Shown one piece after another: positions 1 to 25,837 of a DNA stretch of 64,000 nt (position 1 is its first letter; each line of letters opens with the position of its first letter). The notes beneath the pieces were generated by a model, which was given only the letters and a program-made list of their open reading frames with translations, was not told the origin of the DNA and made no database searches. Source of the stretch: Tubiluchus corallicola (lineage: Eukaryota > Animalia > Priapulida); assembly GCA_030141605.1 (NCBI GenBank), contig JAQGDQ010000031.1, positions 806,001 through 870,000 on the forward strand, given 5' to 3'. A program made the translations under genes and the position numbers.

Positions 1-164
1 AACAGGCATTTAAGTTTTTTTAACGCATTTTTATGATTACACATAATTATTATTAAACAAAGGAAACTTATAACTTAAATTTTTCTGGCGAATTTTGAAT
101 GAGGGCATTGCCGTGTAGATTGCCATGTTTCGTTTTTTTACACGAGTGAGCAGGAATGACAGCT

Positions 165-513
165 TTGACACACATTTGACAGCTTATGCATGAGCACAGC
201 GGTAAATTTGAAACTTAAATTTTTATCTTAAAACTTGCCTAGTTTTAGTACAACACATTGAATATCTTACAGTAGCACTATATTCAACTTTCGCTTTCGC
301 AAACTCGTGCAACACGCTTGTGGAATATTTTTGCTGTTGAAAATTATATTAGTTTGCGATGTCATCAACAGTTGGGTTCGCCCGCTGTTAGTTAAGATTT
401 TATTCTATTATTTAAATATCAAAAACGCTTTTGCAGTACTAATTCTGTTAAAATGCGTATGTTTTATGAGGCTTGAGAATTGGGTAGTATATGAAAAATC
501 ATCCTGCCCTCCT
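165..513 (-). mobile_element. Non-autonomous element family A (TTAA/Kolobok-like), partial copy
   Basis: Reverse complement aligns by eye with 40879-41210 and 10216-10550; terminus gaaaaatcatcctgccctcct. Confidence 0.75.
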
Positions 514-771
514 TTACCTTTACATGTTCACCGGCAGTGCAAAACTGCTGTATTTGGCTGAAACACTGTATTTTTATTATTAATCGAAAGCTTACTGCAA
601 AAAATTTAGTGTGGATGCACTTGCCTTTGGTGGGTTTTATAAATCTGCCTCTTTGAATGTAACTTTTCTGTTATATAGTATAATTTACTTTTTGAGAAAT
701 ACACGTATTGCAGCCATGAAATCTATTATATTTTTAGCTCATAATTCAGTGTCATATGCTGTTCATTTCAG

Positions 772-3700
772 AAGTCCAATCTCAAAGCTCAAAAAGTCAA
801 AGCATTCGTTTCGTTTCGCAAAACGACCAGACAAACTGAAAGCGAAAGAGAAGGAGCGGGAAAAGGAGAAGGAAAAAGAGAGGGGGAAAGAAAAAGAAAA
901 AGAAAAGGAAAAGGCAAAAGAGAAAGAAAAATCAAAGGAAAAGGAAGGAGTTGGAAAATTGAAATTGAAAAGCAGGAAGAAGCATAACATTGGAGGAGCA
1001 ATAGCTGACCTCCCTGGTAAAGTATAAATCATTGTTTATTTTATTTTCTATTATTTGATTCCTAGATCTTGTAGTGACGGTTTCTTAGTACTGTTATGGA
1101 TCTTTTCTTTCTTGGTTTGGCATCTATATTGGGTGGTGAAAAAAAATGCATCAAATTTAAAGTACAGTAATATTAGAAACAAGTGTCCTCCCTACAAAGT
1201 TGAAATTTCACAATGTGTTGTAATACATTAACTTTGTCTAAACTTGCAAGTTTATCCCTTTAAAAGTTTTTGTTAAAGTTGCGACTGAAAAGTTTTCACA
1301 CATTTAAAATTTAGAATTTGGAACAATATGAACTAATCATCATTTGAAGAAAAAACAGCCTCGTTGATGTAAAAACAGCCGAGTTGCTAGGACTCAATAA
1401 GTGGTAGCAAGACAATGAAGAAATTATTACATACACACCCAAATTGATACATAAGGACAGTTGGTCACTGCCATTTTATAAAGTAGTTGAACTACTGATG
1501 TTTGGTGAACTACCTCTCTCACATTTTAAATAAGTTGTACATCAATGGCATATATATTGTAAGTGTTTTGCAGAATTACTTCATTATTTTCTCTAAATTT
1601 AACTTGTGAGGTCACAAATCTGGACTAATTCTGGCTTTTCTGACTTGCTGTCCTCTGAGCAAGGTAACTTAAACTATCGTACTGATTGCCACTGCTTCCA
1701 CACAAAAAGTTTGATGGCTGTGTGTGTAGGAATGGACTAAAGATCGGAAGTAAAAGATGTTTTTAGCTTGCCGAGCCATGAGTGTTTCAAACATACAGCT
1801 GCTGGCTTTGTATACTCCATAGAGAGTGGAGACTACAATGAAATGAAAGTCTTGATGAACAAGGGATAAAACTGCACTCATGTGAACCTGTACATGGAAC
1901 AAAACTATATGTCTTTTTCTTTATTCACATAGTTCAGAATTTCAGTAAGACAACTAGCCTAATACTGCTTTAATTTGATGTTACCAATCAGGAAGAAAGT
2001 CAGTAAGTCACATAGAATAATAATATTATTAAATTTGAATGATGTCATCGTTGTGCATCGTAAATCACACGTTTCTACAGACTTTAAGTAAACAGAGTGT
2101 TAAACAAGAAATTTGGAAAATCATTAACATGTATCAATTTCTGCAGGTGAAAAATGATGTTTATAGAAGTGTCCTTGTGAACAATGTCAGTAACTAGTAT
2201 TACTATAGAGTGTTTTTTTTTCAGATTGTCTGGTATTTGGCATACCCCTTGCAGTTGCAGTTGAGCAGAGAGGGTGTCATGATGGAGTGCCCATACCAGC
2301 TATTGTTCGTGAATGTATAGATTACATAGAGGAACGTGGTGAGTAGAATAAATCCAACCCTCAGTTAGATTAAATTACAATTTAATTTTGTGGTATTGTG
2401 AAGATCCCAGAGCAGAATGATTTGGACACAAATTGTAGGGCAAGGTTTACTTTTAGCCTGTGACAAACTGTTTTTACTTTCTGCCTTTCTGGAAATATTA
2501 CAAAAACTGATTAAAGAGGAATAAGCCTTTTCACGGTTTCGCTTGTGCAACTGCTATAGGTCAAAGGTTAACTGAACCTCACGTGACCTTATTCAAGTAA
2601 CTTGGGCCTCGAGGCATTGTCAAGTGTAAAGAAATGTGTTGTTCGCTAAACTGGCAGAGGTGTTTGCATGTATTATATTTCCACTTTTTATGAGGTAAAA
2701 AGCCAGGATCAGTATGGCAAACATAACTGCCCAGAATGATTAACAAATCTGGCTGGTCACAAGCCGTTATTGCAAAGTAGATCCACAAGACCACTGGGTC
2801 GTGAACCTTGTTGTTAATATCGCTCACATTTTTACAGGACTAAGTTGTGAAGGAATATATCGTCAACCAGGAACCAAGTCTAAAGTAGAGGCATTGAAGA
2901 AATGCTACAATAAGGGCCTGTCGCCGACATTGTCAGACTATGATCCCAATACTGTTGCTAGTTTACTGAAGCAATATTTGCGCGAGATACCAGATCCAAT
3001 CATACCAGTGGGTTTAACAAATAAACTCGAAGATGCATGCAGTAAGTAAACATGTCAAATTTTATGCGTTCTTAAATTATCTTTAATGCAAGTATTAATT
3101 GTGTGTAAATTTATTGTGCACATCCTGTAATTGTTTGCGTAGTATACTGTTAGTAGCTGCTATTGTATTGTAAATAGAAAATAACAGGCAGATGTTTTTT
3201 AACTTAAAATGCATTTCATTATTATCAGCAACTTCACGATACAAGTAGTCTTGCTTTTTTTACTCTATGAGACAGATTCTCTGCACTGTTCTACTCTTTT
3301 TTCTTTGCTCTGCTTTACTCTGTTTTATTCTGCTGTGCTCATTTTTATTCTTTTCTACTTTGTCCTGTCCAGAACAATTCTGTTTTGTCGTGTTCTGTTC
3401 TATCCTGTTCTGTTCTGTTCTGTTCTGTTTACTCCTGTTTGCTTCTCTTGTGGTTGTAATCAGGTTTCTGCATATGTAACATTACAGTGACCTTTGTGCT
3501 CTTTGTGTTCTACCTAACTGTACTGTGTTTTCCACCTCTCTGCTTTGCTTTCTTCTGCAGTGTTCTGCTGTTGTGCATTGTTTTGCTTCATTCAGTTGCT
3601 CTTAATGTTCAATGTTGTACATTTTTATTTACTTTGACAGTTATCGAAAAAAGTGTTTGCTGTCTTAATAAATCACTTTATTATTTCAGCCAAGAAAGAA

Positions 3701-6700
3701 GGAGAGAAAAAAGTTGATGCTGTGATAAAAATTATGCATGAACTACACAAATACAACTTTACTTTACTTTCTTGGATACTAGTTCACATGAAACATGTGA
3801 TCGATAGAGTAAGTACATCTAATTTCACTTTCTCAATGAATAAATATACTGCTACTCTCATTATAATTATCGCCGTACTTTCACTTGATTGAGACCATTG
3901 GGAGAGTTACTATCATAATGATGCAAGAACAGAGAGTTCACAGAGTTGAGGTAGACTTACATGTTAAGTTTTCATCATAAAATTTGAATGTAGTCAATCC
4001 CTTGCTTTACAAAATATTTATAGTAAGTAAGTTTATAAAAAAAGTTTCCATTCTCCACGGCTACTTTACAATTAAGAAGTTATTAGTATAATTTGAGAAC
4101 AATATTTAAACAAGTTATTTTACATTTCAATTTAAATTACAGCTGCTAATAAACTTACAAAAGATCAAATAAAAACTAAAAGTGGAATTATTGGGTACTA
4201 AAATGTGTATAAAACAGTGAAAGTAAAACCAGAAAAGAGCAGCAAAAGATAAAATATTAATGGCAATCTACATTAAAAATACGTTTATTTATAAAAGTAT
4301 CAGTTGCCCATTTTGTTTTTAATTTGGGTCTAGAAAACAAGCACTTTCTGTATCTAAGGCGTTCTGATTTTCTTTTTGAGCCAGCAGATCATGAAGTGGA
4401 CTTCGCTCAGTTACTTCTAAGTCAGCTGACTTCCTTGCAAGAAAAACAACATCTGAATTTCTTGATGATGTCTGTGGACATCACACACAGTTCAAGTGTG
4501 TCTAATTTTAACAGTAATTTGTCATAAGTTTTTTACATGTTCATATTTTTCTTAAGTTCCCCTGCAACTGCATACATGTTAAGGATTTGTTTTCAGGAAC
4601 GGGAAAACAAAATGACTTTGCAAAACATATCGATTGTACTAAGCCCAACGCTGCAGATCAGTCATCGAGTTCTGAACGTTCTTTTCACCAACTGTGCTAC
4701 AATATTCAAGGATACTATCATCACTAGGTTAGAAACATTTTTCTTTAATTTTAACTTTTTCGTGAAACCAGATGTAATGGAAAGCTTTTGCTCCTTCTGG
4801 CATCGCAACAGTTCAGAATTTCACAGTAAGTCACATGTAGCTTTGCAGTGTCAGGTTTTAGAGGAAGGTAACTAGCATTTGTTTTGTGGAATAATCGTTT
4901 CACGGCCCTTAATCGATCACAAACCAAAATGAAGCGGGTATTTATAATTCACCGACGGAAACATTGTGGAAGACCAACGGCCTCCTAATTAATCATTTAT
5001 CATTAAGTTAACATGAAATTTTATGTTCAGGGCCCTTTTTATAAGATACTGCTCGCTCAATTAAAGTATGTATGAAAAAATGCATGCTACAGACTGTTTT
5101 TGCTATAGTAATTAGTAACTCCATACTTATGTACACATTATTAAGGTACTAATATTTATTTGCCCCTTAATATTAGTACATAAATTTTACCAATTGTGCA
5201 AGCGTAAACTGACTGAATTTCACTGGATTTGTTTGTCAAAACTATAACGAAGTACATTAATTGGTAATTAGATGTATTTAAATGTATCACGCTGTATGCT
5301 ACATCAAAGTAAATCAAATGAAATTAATATAAATTTATTTTTGAGGCATGTGATCATGATTGGTTGATAGTGATGATGAGTAATTAGTCAAGAAAATGCG
5401 ACTGCATCTGTTATTAGATTGTTACAAAGTATTGTGAACCAACTATTACGTACTCACTTTGTCAATTTATTTGTTCTTATTTATCAAATTAGTCATATCT
5501 TCATACAGGTACAGTTGTGGTATGTTCCATTTTTCCATTTTCTTCACTAAAGGTACAGGCCCCTCATTAAGCCTGGTACTGCAACTCGATGGTCCATTGA
5601 ACTGCCAGATAGTACGGAAGGCATACAGAGGGAGTTGGCGAAGCAAGAAGCCAAACTTGATATGCTTCATAAGGAGATAAATGCTGGAAAAACAAGCAAG
5701 GAGAAGGAGGAATTGTTGTGGGAGATACAGCGCATTGTAACACAACTCAAAAGAAAGGTTTGTTATAGACTAGAATTGATAATGTAGCTCAAGACCTAAA
5801 ATTACTTCAGTGTGCTAAACTTGCTCTTATACATTTTGGTTACAACTATGCTTAATGGTAATAATAGTAACAACGATGATGATAGTGGCAGTGGCGGCGG
5901 CAATGGTGATGGTGAAGATGATGATGATGGTGGTATCATATGACGAAAATGTAGGTATCAGTTTTCAAGTTCTGGATGCGTTTTTACTGATTCTTTTTAG
6001 CTCAAAATTGCAAAGCGAGTCTCAGATCTGAAATCATCTAATGCAAAAGAGGGAGATGTTGCAGTCAACAGTGTAAGTGCCTCTGGAACTCCCTCAAAAT
6101 CACCTCGTTCAAGACACGCAAAAGGTGAGAAAGTCAGATGTACCTTACCATAGCTTGTTCAATAAAAAATGCAACAAAAATGGGATTAAAACACGATTTA
6201 AAACAAGATTAATAAAATTACTCTAAATATAGTTAATACACAGTATCTAAAATTGGTAAAATACATTCTTAAAATTTTTAACATGTAAACTTAAAGATTA
6301 CTAAACAGAATCTGAACAAAATTTGCACAAATATGCAGTGATTAGCTAAGTACAAACAAAGAGTTATTGATAGTTAAATAAACTGTAGGAAATAAAACTT
6401 TTTTGTATCATTCAATTTTGATTATAGGCAATTTAAACTTGGTGGTGTTTTTGCTGTTGTAACGTTTAGTCTGTGCAGGGGGAGTAAATGGCTTAAGTTG
6501 TGCGAATTATCTGTACACCAAAAAAACACTTTTTCTTGCAATCTTTTTATAGCTACCTTCGCTTACCTTCCGTTACACAAACATACTGATTTTGTATTTA
6601 GCACTGATACCTTTTTTCCACGTATTTGTTGCATACTCGTTAGTACAACTGAACTTACTAGAATTAGCAGCTGCTGCGGTAATACTGAGCCTGGTTGAAT

Positions 6701-7994
6701 GATACGGCACTAGTTACTGTAACAGTAATGCTACCTAAGAACTACTTTCATTTTTTCTTCACTTCTAAGTTCTTATGTCAGTTCTTTTACATAATTTAGG
6801 ACGAGCTCCTGATCCAACGAAAGCTTTAGCAGCAGTAAGACGGAGTCTACACACTAGTCAAGAGTCTGGGCTGAATTTAGAAGCTGCAAGTAAACCTGAA
6901 CTCAATCTCAACTGGTGCGTTGATCCTGGACAAATTACTTTGGGGCTAGAAGAGGGAGATGCAACCAAAGCAAGGGAACTAGGTGCTAACCTTACAGAAG
7001 ATATCACTACTAAGTCAGACAGTGGAAAAGAGACAAAAGTGACTTTCAAAAATGAAAGCTCCACTGTAATTACAGCAGATGTTCATAATGCTAATGTGCA
7101 TAACTTGAATATGAGCACGACCCAAAAGCACGTCGCAGGTGAAAACAATGTACCCAAAATTGCTAGAGAAACCAATTTTGTAGGTGCAGGTGAAGATGGG
7201 ACCATGCTAGAAGAAAAGCAAGCTAAAGCAGATGGTAACGTTACTGATGTTGAAAATGGTGAGGCTACAGACGTCACAGACGAAATACTCGATCTGTTAG
7301 CCGAGCAAAGATACTTACTAATAGAAGAGGAAGAATTGAAATCCATCGGACAGCAGTTGCAGCGTCGCATCCAGTCAGAGAAGGAGGAGGTTCTGAGGCT
7401 GCGGGAAGAGAAAGCAGAGATTGAACGATCCCGCCTAGAATTCAGCAGCAGTGAGTCCAGTTCATCTACTGATTTTGAAAGCGCAAGCAGCAGCGACTCA
7501 GAAGATGAGGAAGAACTCCTCGAGATGCTGCGCAAAGTCATGATAGATAATGATTCGTTGGAGGTAAGTAAGCTCGATGATTTCATGGATTCTGTGAAAT
7601 GTAATATACTAGTGTTATAGCTGAGTGAGCTTGCAGCTGTATTATAGCTGTAGTTCATTTATTTAGCAGAAAAATATTTCAGTGATGCTTCAACATCATT
7701 GAAATATTTTTCTGGTAAATAAAAAGGAAACCTTTTGCAGATATGTGTTTGCTAGCTACTGACTCAGTCCTTAATAATGTAGCTACTAAGTTGCCATCAG
7801 TCAGGGTGCTCTGTTTTACATTAATGAAATTACTTTTTTCTCTCTTGCAGCAAAAAAATGCAGATCTGCTTAACCAAATACGGATAGAACGAGAAGCCTG
7901 CACAGACATCAAGGTTCAGATACGCATTATGCAGTATCATAGAGAGCAAAAGGGCGACTATGCTTTCTCTCCTATTAAGGAAACCATCATTTGA
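772..7994 (+). CDS. RALBP1: RalA-binding protein 1 (RLIP76): RhoGAP, Ral-binding domain and coiled coil; 5'-partial
   Basis: Phase-consistent GT-AG exons: 772-1016, 2225-2338, 2838-3041, 3690-3808, 4597-4727, 5553-5757, 6001-6124, 6800-7563, 7851-7994 (TGA). The translation gives a KE-rich segment, then RhoGAP (VFGIPLAVAVE..ECIDYIEERGLSCEGIYRQPG..NTVASLLKQYLREIP..NKMTLQNISIVLSPTLQ). The Ral-binding helices (ELAKQEAKLDMLHKE..EELLWEIQRIVTQLKRKL) and the C-terminus KETII follow, all closely matching RALBP1 as I recall it. No start exon was found in the window. Confidence 0.95.
3290..3600. repeat. Degenerate pentanucleotide (TCTGT)n tract
   Basis: ttctgttctgttctgttctg core near 3405-3430 with decaying flanks. 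Confidence 0.8.
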
Positions 7995-9593
7995 GGTGCT
8001 CACTAGAAATCATGGAAAAGCGGTGCATTGATGTAGCAAAGATTGTAAATTTGTTGACTGTCGCAGGGAGTAAAATAATGCTGTTCAACATATTAAACGT
8101 CTCTGAATATGGAATTGAGTCATAGATTTAAATGCTGCACGTGTAAGACGTGCTTTAGCCTCGCGTAAATTGTGACACAGAGAATGGGTGCCATCTTGTT
8201 ACACAAGAAAGGCAGTCTGTTGATAGGCAAGCATTCTAATACTAAAACTGCATTCGACTGTTAAGCATAAATCTTGAGCAACACCCTTACGATGTATTGC
8301 CCAATATTGCAGGCTAGGAATTCCTTTCTTACGCACGTGCGACATTTAAATCTGTGAATCGGATACTCACATTTTTTACTCCTGACGAAGTTATGTTACA
8401 ATTCGAGATTAATGGATCGTGGACAATGGACTGTGAAACGTATACCATGCGTGCAAATATAAGCACACAAAGATGTATACTGTTCACTATCTCATTCTTA
8501 CTCAGGACTGCATGTTGGTGCCCCCTCATTGTAGGATGGTCAACTAGTATTATTTGATTCATAAATCATGCAATAAAATTGAGAGTGCTGACACAGCACT
8601 ACTCCATGAACCACTTTTCTGCAATTAAGAATAACACCTTTATCTGTATCATTATATGGATAAGTTCACGTGTGAACTTCATGTGTATTTGAACATTAAT
8701 ATGCTAATATACTTTTTTATGTATTGCAAATTCAACTTAACCTAAGCATAATATAACTAAATGTACTATTTTGTGAAAACATTCTTTGAATAAATTATTT
8801 ATTTTGTAAATTTTGTTGTAGTAGTAAATAGATTATTATTGAATAAATGTCTGTGATTAAACTAACATATTTTTCGGTGAAATATTTTAGGTTTTCAAAA
8901 AGTTTTCAGTTTTCTAGTTTAAATATGAACACCAACAATGTAAAAAACATGATGCAGAACTTTATTTGGGATGTTTCGGCAGTGGAAACAGCTTTCATCA
9001 AAATGTTTAATTCAGACTTCTTTTCCCATTCAATAAGAGGCTTCTCAAATTTTGTGTTATTCAGCAGTGTCACACATATTTAGACAAGAAAAAATAATAA
9101 AATTAATCTTATTTAAAATTTAATTATAAAATTTGAAGTTTTTTTTCAAAATAAAAAAAATAAAAAACAATAATTCATACATACATTGAAATAGCGATGT
9201 ATATTCCAACTAGATACAAATTACAGTTAAATATGTAATCAACAAGATATAAAATATGTTTAAATTATAAAAATATCACAATTTTGCACCTGTAGAGAAA
9301 CCAGGTAAACAATGAAGAAAACTTAATTAAGAACATCAACATAAAAAATGGAAAATAACTATTGTATTTGTCATTATTTTGGCACCTGTAGCACTCATAA
9401 TTCAAACAAATTGTGCACTCTTATCAATTCTTCAATTGTATTAATTGATTAGTAATCGCTCCTGAAGCCAGAGTAATTTTACCTGCATGATGCTTGCTCA
9501 ACACATTTCTATAGAATCCAATTTTCCATTCCTTAGTAACAGATCACTGGATGATCATTAACTACAAGATTTGTCGAATTTTTGTATGCCAGT

Positions 9594-9649
9594 GTCGTAA
9601 ACTTGAATTGTAAACCATGTGGTCGTAAACTTGAATTGTAAACCATGTG
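9594..9649. repeat. 28-bp perfect tandem duplication
   Basis: gtcgtaaacttgaattgtaaaccatgtg x2. Confidence 0.9.
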
Positions 9650-10215
9650 TTCTAAGTTCTTTGGAACTCCATGAATAGTAAATACTACTACTACTACTAA
9701 CTCATATGGTATAAAAAAATTTTAAATTAACTTGCTTTGAAGCTGGGGAATAATGAAAGGAATAGAAAACTGAAACAAGAACAAAGAAATCAATGATAGA
9801 TATTAACCCGTTTACATGCCTAATGTTGAACAATAAAACACAGTACGACAATCTTCAACGGTTCAACAGCAAACGTTCACCTGACAGTTCAAAAAGAACA
9901 AAACTACAACTCAAAGTAGTAATTAAAGTATACAACTAATGTATAGAAACATGGCATGCTTTTGTTCGAGCTTGACTTGTTGGTTATTGTTCTTGCTTAC
10001 CAGTCCAAAAAATCTCCAATATTGTACATAGTATTATCGGATATTCAGAAGTGGCTTATGGTACTCAATTGTAATTTTCACAAACAGACCAATGAAATTA
10101 ATTAGAGATTAGTGAAACCAGTACTTAAAACAGAAGCCAAATGTCACATTGAAATATTAAATTATTTCTGACAAGTATTCTTAAAACAAAATTCCATTTT
10201 CAGTAAAATATTTGA

Positions 10216-10780
10216 AGCAAAACAGGACGATTTTTCATATCCTACCCCACCCTGAAATACAGTAAAATGTATACATTTTAACAAACATAATAAAACCAAA
10301 GCATTTCTGATAATTAAATAATAGGTTAAAAACTTAATTAATTGCCAGCCCAGCTACTGATGACATCACAAAACGAACACAATTTTCAACAGCACAAACA
10401 TTCTATAAGAGTGTTGAATGTGGTTGTAAAAGTGAAAATCGAAGTACAGTGCTACTGTACAACAATCGGTGACATATACAAAATCTTTTTAAGATAAAAA
10501 TTGAAATTTTAAATTTACAGCTGTGCTCGCACATGAGCTCTTGAACTTGTGTATTACGTCACAAATGAACAGCTCTGAACTGAGATGTGCAGGACATGTT
10601 TTTTATGCAAAGTTTTAATGCAAATCTAACTAAAGAGTGGCGTAACAGCGAAGAACAAACCACTGGAACAGAAAATTATTCTTTCACTAAGTCATTCTTT
10701 AAAAAATAATATGTTCTCTTTCAATATTCTAAAGAGTAGATTGTTTTGACCTACAGTTTAGGATTGGGTCCAGTTTTCCT
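10216..10780 (+). mobile_element. Non-autonomous element family A (Kolobok-like MITE)
   Basis: Ends agcaaaacaggacgattt ... attgggtccagttttcct|TTAA; interior homologous to 40879-41485 and 165-513. Confidence 0.75.
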
Positions 10781-11059
10781 TTAAATGTTTTTGCTCCCAT
10801 CATCAACATCTTACAATAAAGATAAGCAGTTAATCGTTAAAACATTTCATTCATGCTACATAAAACAAATCAGCCTATGACATAATTAACAAACATGGAA
10901 CAATTTACCCTGTCAACTGCTGTGTCTAAACCTAGATGAGAAATTGGGTAAAAAAATTACAGATCAATAAAACCAAGTAAAAATCACAGGATAATAATCG
11001 CCCCATTCTAGTAATATTATTTATTCTTGCGTGCATGCTCTAATGGATTCACATAGCTG

Positions 11060-23723
<12,664 letters not shown>

Positions 23724-23895
23724 GCTAAGGTTAATTTAAGGCTCGGCTCAATGATCGTAGATTTGGTTTAATCTGAATTTTTAAAGAAATTTCCCAAAAA
23801 TGTTCAGAAACCGACGACTTGCATGCCGCTTCCAGGCAATACTAAAAGTGGCGCTTCACAGTGTCCAAATGTAAAACTACATCAAAACTGGTAAA
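23724..23895. promoter_or_regulatory. Putative AGPS promoter, possibly shared head-to-head with YDJC
   Basis: Short unique CpG-containing stretch directly upstream of the AGPS ATG; plus-strand donor-like G|GTAAAC at 23891. Confidence 0.35.
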
Positions 23896-23939
23896 CCATA
23901 GATAATAATACTCATTCATTAATTTTTATTTCTGGAGAC

Positions 23940-24350
23940 AATCCTCATGTCTCTGTTTTTTTGGCATCTAATGGTGCGTTGATAAAATCTTTTTGGATGA
24001 AATTAATGTAAGTCAGCAATAGTCTTCCTTGCGTTTTCTTTCAATTCTTTTTGCAGTGCTTCTTGAAACATAATTTTAATGGGCTGTCATCTGGTAGTCG
24101 GATAACATGCCCTATCAATCGTAATCTTTTAGTTTTGATCTTAACTGTCCGTTTGCCTGCCTAGGCTTTATTATGCAGATCCTGGTTTGATATTTTCTTT
24201 GGCCGTTTTTCCCTACAATTTTATGTTTCTACAATTTCTTTGAAATACATCTATTTTCTGATTTGTGATGAGATTTGATTTTCCATAATTCTGAGTTGTA
24301 GAGAATGTAAAAACAGTTATTTGTCCAAGAGGTAGTGAAACACCTGTCTG
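23940..24350 (-). mobile_element. RTE-like LINE 3' remnant
   Basis: LRLIGHVIRLPDDSPLK...QGRLLLTYINFIQKD, the typical RTE C-terminal pattern. Confidence 0.65.
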
Positions 24351-24387
24351 CGAAGCGAGACGAAATATGCAGCTTTAGCAAATGTTG

Positions 24388-24708
24388 GAATCGCCTAAAA
24401 TGCAGGCTTATTTCACTTCAAAAACATTAATATCGAAGCCAAATTTAATATTGGCCGTTCTACTAGCTCAGAATAAGATTCTTTTATTTTATCAGATGTA
24501 TCATAAATTACTCAATATGTACTGACGTTTTCAACTATTATTATTAAATAAAAAAGGACAACGAACCCTGCCAGTAAGTTTAACGACTCAATTCGTGATC
24601 TGCCTCTAGTGTCCTACTTGGGCAGCCCATGTACGACGCGTCCTACTTGGGCTAGCCCTTGTACACCAATTGTGGTACGTGGGCTAGTGTCATACTCAGC
24701 TCCCAACA
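24388..24708. mobile_element. Truncated right half of the 34206-34913 MITE family
   Basis: Colinear with 34595-34908 (aatcgcctaaaa..ttatttcacttcaa..ctagtgtcctacttgggcagcc..cccaaca). Confidence 0.8.
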
Positions 24709-25100
24709 ATTATTTACTACTACGGTGGTGGTACGCAATTCTAGCGTGACTGTAAACCTCACACGCTCTGTTAATAATTACAAATATACTATTTATCCCG
24801 AATTCCGATTAAGTACGCGTATTGTACTAGTAGTAGTACTGTAATATTCTTATTTATGAATACTTTGCAGCGAGGCTGAGCGAGCACATGCAGTCTGGTT
24901 CAGATTTTAGAACATTCAAAACCATTTAACGGCCGTATACTGTGTTGCTAACTGAATACTAAACGAAAATGGAAATTCAGCAGATGGAGAGCTGTAAGAC
25001 TCGAAGATGCAGAAGTGGAAGTCCGCAACCGAAGAAAAATCTAGGAGATATAAGAAGTCAGTGAGGTGTGACTCGCAAACCAGTGAAGTATTCTTGTTAG

Positions 25101-25837
25101 TTAATATTTATGTTTTTCTATTACTGAAGAGAATTTTCTATTACTAGGAGACGACCTCAATTGCTGCACCTCCCCCAGGTCTACGCTACTCGAAGGCACA
25201 GGTGGGTAAGAACGTCTCGTCGCATGCAACCTAAAATGTCTTGCAGAAGACTGAAGCTGATGCACTTTGCCATGGTCCGTATCAGAAGGTGCAGGTGGCA
25301 AAAATGCGTATGCAGGTGATCCGGGTCGCCTCGGAGAAGACCTCACTGGTCGTTCCAAACTCGGGGATGACTGTGAGATAAAATTCCTAGCAGAAGACTT
25401 TCCGCTGGAAGAACTATTCCGTAAGATTCCATTTGATTGAATTCGCTGTTGACAAGAAAAGATTTCCGTGCCGTTTGTTTAACCGAGGACACAGATGTCG
25501 CCTTGGTAGAAGATTTCACTCTGGATTCAGCAGGAGAACTTTGTTTCTTTGGAGAAAGGTTCCGCTGGCTCGCTCGAGTGGTCGCTCTTGGAATGAACGA
25601 CTTACGAGCCGTCTGCTTTACTGCTGGCTTCTTAATACCAGGACTTGTAACTGATGAATTAGCAACAGGTTGAACGTTGGTCACATGTGCAGCAGCAACA
25701 GAATCTTCTGACAGTACTACGGACGAAAGATCGGGAGGAAACAGTCGACCGACTTGTTTACGACGAGGAGTACTTGTTGCTGGAATAATCTGAGATGACT
25801 GATGTTTTCCGGGCAAATATTTCTTTTTACTACCAAT
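25101..25837 (-). pseudogene. Orphan S/P/K/R-rich exon with two histone-H3-tail-like VKQTARKSF motifs; probable frameshift near 25455
   Basis: Acceptor ttttatcag| opens the frame at 25837. KQTARKS lies at 25598-25618 and 25460-25480. A second overlapping frame continues the same composition to 25101. No linked start exon or folded domain found. Confidence 0.55.

Noticed and set aside
763-1032. Minus-strand FS-repeat ORFs
   Set aside because: Antisense shadow of the KE-rich RALBP1 exon.
3209-3717. Hydrophobic membrane-protein-like ORFs
   Set aside because: Produced by the intronic (TCTGT)n tract.
6073-6078. Alternative RALBP1 donor GTAAGT
   Set aside because: Phase 0, incompatible with the phase-1 exon at 6800; the donor after 6124 keeps the frame.
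7083-7658. 191-aa Ser-rich minus ORF
   Set aside because: Antisense shadow of the Glu-rich RALBP1 exon.
24008-24013. Plus-strand GTAAGT as the YDJC leader-exon donor
   Set aside because: Lies within the RTE remnant; no supporting context.
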